A stretch of DNA of 64,000 bases, from the IMG/VR virus record IMGVR_UViG_3300029922_000022; one strand, 5' to 3'. How positions within the stretch are numbered: the stretch's first letter is position 1; each line of letters begins with the position of its first letter. This document shows, piece after piece, positions 59,200 through 64,000 of this stretch. The notes beneath the pieces were generated by a model. It was not told where the DNA came from, did no database searches, and saw only the letters and a list, made by a program, of their open reading frames with translations. Made by a program: the position numbers and the translations under genes. The DNA is from an uncultured virus (IMG/VR IMGVR_UViG_3300029922_000022). Its lineage: Duplodnaviria > Heunggongvirae > Uroviricota > Caudoviricetes.

Positions 59200-61109
59200 T
59201 ATTTTCTTATTATGTTATTTTTTACGTTAAGAATAGAATTATTATCAACTGTCCAATATTCATCATTAGAGTCAGAATTTCTAATATGTAAATATTCTAA
59301 GCCAGATGTGTACAATTCTTTATTTGTTTCTGAATTGAATCCTGATAATACAGCTGAATTTGAACCAGCATCAAGAGATTCTTCACAAGCTTCTTGCATA
59401 GCATCTAAAATCAAATCTACATTACAGTCATTGATAACATCATTTTTCAATATGATTGAATTTAGATGTTTTTCAAGAATTGTTCTTAAATTAATTTTTT
59501 CCATTTTTAGTTTTTTTAATGATTAAAATAAATTTTCTGGATCTTCTTTTTTTAACATATTTAATTTTCTATACCTTATCTCTTGCTCAAAATTATATAA
59601 ATATTCATCTATTCTTTCTTTACCATACATAGTTTTAAAAGATGTTTCTCTTTTTTTCATTTGTGATAATGCGTTACATAAATGATTATTTTTCATATTT
59701 ATTATTTTTCTAGATATACCATTTGCTGTAATCCATTCTAAATTTTTATCTCTCATTATAAACCACTGATATATTTTTAAGTTTTTCTAAAACTTCTTTT
59801 TCATCTTTAAATTTTTCTATCCAATCATTCAAATCACAATTATTATATACTATGCTACATGTAGCTGTCATCTCAATTTGATCAATAAATACTTCTTTAT
59901 AATATTTATCATTTTTTTGTGTATTATCAGAAAAATAATTGTTATATGTTCTATCTATTATTTCTTTATTTTCTGAGTCTTGATATTCTTTTATTCTATC
60001 TTTTTTCATATGCTTTCAATTTTTCTAATTTTTCTTTTCTTTTCATTTCTATATAATTACACGTGAATGAATTTCTATTATTAACATATTTAAGATTTGA
60101 GCAAAATTCACAATCATGGGTACAATAGAGGCTACTAATTTTGACTCCTTTCAAATGATGGCAATCATTTAATGTACCAAATGTATAAACATCATAATAT
60201 TCTTTCATTTTAATATTTTATATTTAAGTCTATTAAGTCTTTTGATTTTTCTTTTTCTAGCATCTTTTAATGTATATTTATAGGATGATTTATAAAAAAA
60301 TATTACAATAATATAGTCAGTAAATTCTTTAGCAATTATTCTAAATACAAGAAAAAATAAAAAAGTTCTAAAAATATTAAATAATGTAAATGTTTCTCCT
60401 ATATAACTAATACATATAATACCTAAAAATATAATCAAAGGTAATATAATATATAATCTACTTCTAATGTGATCTTTTTTACTATTTCTTACTTTACAAT
60501 TATTGATAATTTTTTTATCAACAGTAAAAACATAAGTATAAAATGATTTAATAAATATTTTTAGAATATTCATATTTAATTAGATATGAATTTTATTATT
60601 TTTTATCAAATTATAAATAATTTCATTCATATTTAGAATTAAATATTCTTGAACTTCATTTTTAATATATTCTATTCTATCTACATCTGATGAAGAATTC
60701 CAATCTTCTAACTCTGGACTAGTTTTTATTTTAAACTTATCAATTTCTACTGTAATAGTTAGTTCTTTTTTCATAATTATTTTTAATATTTGTAGCAAAA
60801 AGGAGGATTTAATCCTTGATTTTCATATTCTTTCTCTTTTACCAAATCTTTCAATATAGATTGGCATTCAGCTTTTCCTTCCCTTAGAGATGATTTATAC
60901 CATATTACAAGCTCATTTTCAGGTGGATAATGTTCTTTATCCATACTGGATTCTTTCAACAATTCTTTATACGATGATACCATATCTTCAAAACTACGTA
61001 TAATTTTAGATAGGGAGTACTCTACTACAATTTTTTCTTCTAATATTGTTATGTCATCTACATCGAAATAAAACCGAGTTGTTTCTATCATATCCTTTTT
61101 ATTTGCCAT
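59199..61109 (-). other. Operon of seven small hypothetical genes (59199-59504, 59523-59756, 59746-60009, 59996-60208, 60205-60573, 60580-60798, 60783-61109)
   Basis: Abutting or overlapping ORFs downstream of TATCTTTG at 61134; several end in RKxKL-like motifs. Confidence 0.6.
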
Positions 61110-61334
61110 TATTCTTATATTTTTAATATTCAACAAAGATAATTCATTATTTTTGAATAAAAAATTAATATCATTAAAAAATATGTTAATCATTATTAAT
61201 TTGTATTATATTTCTGTTTTTTGCTGATTTTATGACATATTATTATTACCTTTGTATATTAAAATAAATTATTGAATTATGGTTTCAATAATAACATTTT
61301 TAATATATCCGCACAATTCAGGAAAAAGTATATA

Positions 61335-61977
61335 TAAAAAAAGTTGTTTGCATTAAAATTCCAAACATTAATAATATTGATCATTTTAATTTAAATGAAA
61401 AATATGATTATTGGTCATCGTCTCATTTTGATAATTATTTTATTGTCATTAATAAAAAATATTTTATGTTCTCATTTGAAGAGCATGAATTTAAAAAATG
61501 TTTTATGAATGAAAGAAAATTCAAATTATTAAATATTAAAAAATTATTAAATGAAAAAAGTTGTTAATATTAAAAATATAGATATAAAGTTTATTGAATC
61601 AGATTATTATACTTTGTATGTTAGTTATAACTATTATTACTCAAATAATTTAAAGAGTTATGTTGTATCAGATAACTATGATGCTAGTTGTGTGTTTGGT
61701 GTTATGGAATTTAAAAAATATTTTATGAATGAAAGAAAATTTAAATTATTAAATATTGAAAAAATAGAAAATATAAATGAATAAAGTAATATGTATACAA
61801 CAAAATCATGATAATTTTAGTTATGGATTTAAAATTAATAATATTTATGATTATTTTAAAACTGATGAACAATATTTTGTTATTAAAAATAATGTAAGAT
61901 ATGGATATGATAAAATACATTTTGATAAACAATTTATTGATGAAAGGAAATTAAAAATTATCAAACTAAGTAAATAA
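61335..61977 (+). other. Three tandem paralogous small ORFs (first lacks ATG; 61551-61784; 61777-61977)
   Basis: IKKVVCI, MKKVVNI and MNKVICI starts; F(M/I)(N/D)ERK(F/L)K(L/I) ends; near-identical DNA ttttatgaatgaaagaaaatt(c/t)aaattattaaatatt twice. Confidence 0.6.
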
Positions 61978-62007
61978 AAATAATATATAATAAAAATAAA
62001 TTTATAG

Positions 62008-62496
62008 ATGACGAATATAGATTATATAAAAACTAAATTTTATGATGATATAACCATTAATAAACAGTTAAATATTTGGAGATTAGAAAATAAAAAAATT
62101 GTATTTACAAATGGTTGTTTTGATATTTTGCATAAAGGACATGTAGAATATTTATCAAAATCAAAAGATTTAGGAGATATTTTGATTGTTGGATTAAATT
62201 CTGATAATTCAGTGAAGAGATTAAAAGGAGAAACAAGGCCAATAAATAATCAAAATTCAAGAGCATTCATTTTATCTGCATTGCTATTTGTAGATGCAGT
62301 AATATATTTTGATGAAGATACTCCATTAAATCTAATTGAAAACATAAAACCTGATGTATTAGTAAAAGGAGGTGATTATAAAAAAGAAGACATTGTTGGT
62401 TATGATTTTGTAATAGAAAGAGGTGGTGAAGTTAAAATAATTGATTTAGTAAAAGGTTATTCAACAACTAATATAATAAAAAAAAGCAGAATTTAA
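62008..62496 (+). CDS. rfaE2: HldE/RfaE domain II-like sugar-phosphate nucleotidyltransferase
   Basis: VFTNGCFDILHKGHVEYL, GLNSDNSVKRLKGETRP, PDVLVKGGDY, GYSTT. Confidence 0.9.
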   Translation: MTNIDYIKTKFYDDITINKQLNIWRLENKKIVFTNGCFDILHKGHVEYLSKSKDLGDILIVGLNSDNSVKRLKGETRPINNQNSRAFILSALLFVDAVIYFDEDTPLNLIENIKPDVLVKGGDYKKEDIVGYDFVIERGGEVKIIDLVKGYSTTNIIKKSRI

Positions 62497-62515
62497 AATT
62501 CTGCTTTTTTATTTT

Positions 62516-63042
62516 TTATACAGTTGGAACAACTGTGGTTTGTTGTGTAGTAGTTGTTGGCTGAACTGTTGTAGTTTCGGTTGTTGATACAGGATTTTCA
62601 ACACCATCATCATAAATTATAAGACAAGGTACCTTTGAAGAAATATTGATCATCCATGCTATTTCTTTCATTCTAACAAATGGATGATCAATATTTTTTA
62701 TAGTGTCACGTAATGAATCTAAATTGTTTTTATTTACATAAACATGAATTCCACCTGATCTATTTTTACCATCCCAACCAATATCAAAATTCGTAGTAAT
62801 AAGTGCTAATTTATCTGTTGATTCTAATATTTTATTCAAATTTGGATTTTGATCATTTCCACTCATATCCACATTAACCTTAAATCCAGATTTATTTAAA
62901 GCAGGATGAATAGCATTAATGATATTTGTTGCTATGGTTTTATTTTGTTCTTGTGATTGATAAGCCTTCTTTAGTACCGCCATGTATTGAGGTTTCATTT
63001 ACAAAACCAATAAAATCTTTTAATTTTTTCATTTTTTTTCAT
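62516..63042 (-). pseudogene. Probable CTS-leader gene with a 1-nt frameshift near 62970
   Basis: MKKMKKLKDFIGFVNETSIHGGTK is in a different frame from the long ORF KAYQSQEQ... Confidence 0.5.
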
Positions 63043-63058
63043 TTTTTTTAATTATATA

Positions 63059-63364
63059 TTAATAATAAACTTTTATTTTTTTAGATCCATTTTCAAAATT
63101 TTTATTCCAAACAATTCTTGTTTTATTATCTTGAAAATCATCAAATTCAGTCCATGCAGTTTTATGCGTACCTTCATTATAACCATTCAAAGTAGATTTA
63201 ATATAACCCCTTGCTTTTATTTCTAATTTTTTATCCTCAGATTTAACTATCTTAAAATATGTTATTAGAGTAGTTGGGTTATCCTTTATATCTCTAATAA
63301 TTATTTTATAATCTACATTTACATATTTTCCTGTTCCTTCTAAAAATTCTTTGAAATTTTTCAT
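63059..63364 (-). CDS. CTS-leader hypothetical protein
   Basis: Likely start MKNFKEFLEG. Confidence 0.6.
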   Translation of the reverse strand: MKNFKEFLEGTGKYVNVDYKIIIRDIKDNPTTLITYFKIVKSEDKKLEIKARGYIKSTLNGYNEGTHKTAWTEFDDFQDNKTRIVWNKNFENGSKKIKVYY

Positions 63365-63423
63365 ATGATATATATAAAAATAAAAACTTTGAATTTTCAT
63401 TCAAAGTTTTTATTTAATAATTA

Positions 63424-63864
63424 TTAAATTAGTTTTCTTTTCATTATTGCTGCAATTTCACCATAATTTTCACTATCAGTTCCAGATAACCATTCTAATT
63501 TATGCTCAATTATAACATTACTACCTAATTTACTCCTCCACATATCACCAAATTGTTTGCACGCATGTGTTACAAAATTATTATTAGAGTATATTGCAAT
63601 TTTTTCATAATCCAATTCATATGAATCATTTTCACATATTTTATAATTATATGTAGAATAGAACTCTATATAATTTTTTACTGTTGCATATCTATCATTA
63701 GGATTATGCCATAATTTACAATTAGCTCCGCTCCATTCATTATAAACATCTATAGCAAAAGAAAAACAATTAAAATCATCTAAATTTTTATTAGTATTAA
63801 TTATTTTCCATTTATTATTTTTTAATTTTGGATGCCAATATTCTATCTCTTTATAAATATCCAT
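63424..63864 (-). CDS. Hypothetical protein with Cys/His papain-like pattern
   Basis: FNCFSFA...THACKQ...WRSKLG. Confidence 0.6.
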   Translation of the reverse strand: MDIYKEIEYWHPKLKNNKWKIINTNKNLDDFNCFSFAIDVYNEWSGANCKLWHNPNDRYATVKNYIEFYSTYNYKICENDSYELDYEKIAIYSNNNFVTHACKQFGDMWRSKLGSNVIIEHKLEWLSGTDSENYGEIAAIMKRKLI

Positions 63865-64000
63865 TTTCTGATGCCCATTTTTTCCAAATATTTTTCATTT
63901 CAGATGTTGTTAGAGAATATTCTTCATATAGTTCAATATTGGTTATTTTTTCTAATGCTTTTAACCATATTATCGAAAAATTTTCAAATATATATGGAAT
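63851..64000 (-). CDS. Partial ORF (start outside window) overlapping the start of 63424-63864
   Basis: ...IPYIFENFSIIWLKALEKIT...WKKWASENGYL*. Confidence 0.55.
   Translation of the reverse strand: MPYIFENFSIIWLKALEKITNIELYEEYSLTTSEMKNIWKKWASENGYL

Noticed and set aside
760..61932. Many short antisense ORFs in the track (e.g. 760-1035, 1614-1829, 19646-19950, 50073-50442, 57340-57609)
   Set aside because: They overlap well-supported genes on the opposite strand and have low-complexity shadow composition.
1..64000. Genome-wide stop-codon reassignment (code 15 or 4), as in some Bacteroidota phages
   Set aside because: Long core genes are intact under code 11; TAA, TAG (e.g. nrdJ) and TGA all end genes at sensible positions.

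Overview
Very AT-rich, gene-dense segment of a large T4-like (contractile-tailed, probably jumbo) phage using the standard genetic code. The host is probably a Bacteroidota: there are repeated TAnnTTTG promoters, no Shine-Dalgarno sites and a Bacteroidota-type lipoprotein. Core genes are a DnaB/gp41 helicase (partial), class II ribonucleotide reductase, MoxR AAA+ and vWA pair, rhomboid protease, ECF sigma factor, tail sheath, tail tube, baseplate-hub-like protein, lysozyme, dUTPase, Dam-like methylase and an HldE-like nucleotidyltransferase. The window also holds about 10 free-standing homing-endonuclease-like genes, a tnpB-only element, an IS1595, about 11 tRNA or tRNA-like genes and a tmRNA. 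Best new-system candidate: an unannotated 32-aa leader peptide with terminator/antiterminator (42867-43035) in front of the tRNA array. Its 16-codon core uses only Thr, Ala, Val, Pro, Gly and Arg, exactly the amino acids served by the downstream tRNAs, suggesting a ribosome-sensing attenuator that turns on phage tRNAs when host tRNAs run short. Second candidate: about 25 diverse cargo genes with a T4-internal-protein-like N-terminal capsid-targeting motif, nine of which also end in (K/N)FN(I/L). A separate set of genes ends in R-K-x-K-(L/I). All calls come from motif reading by eye; no database search was run.
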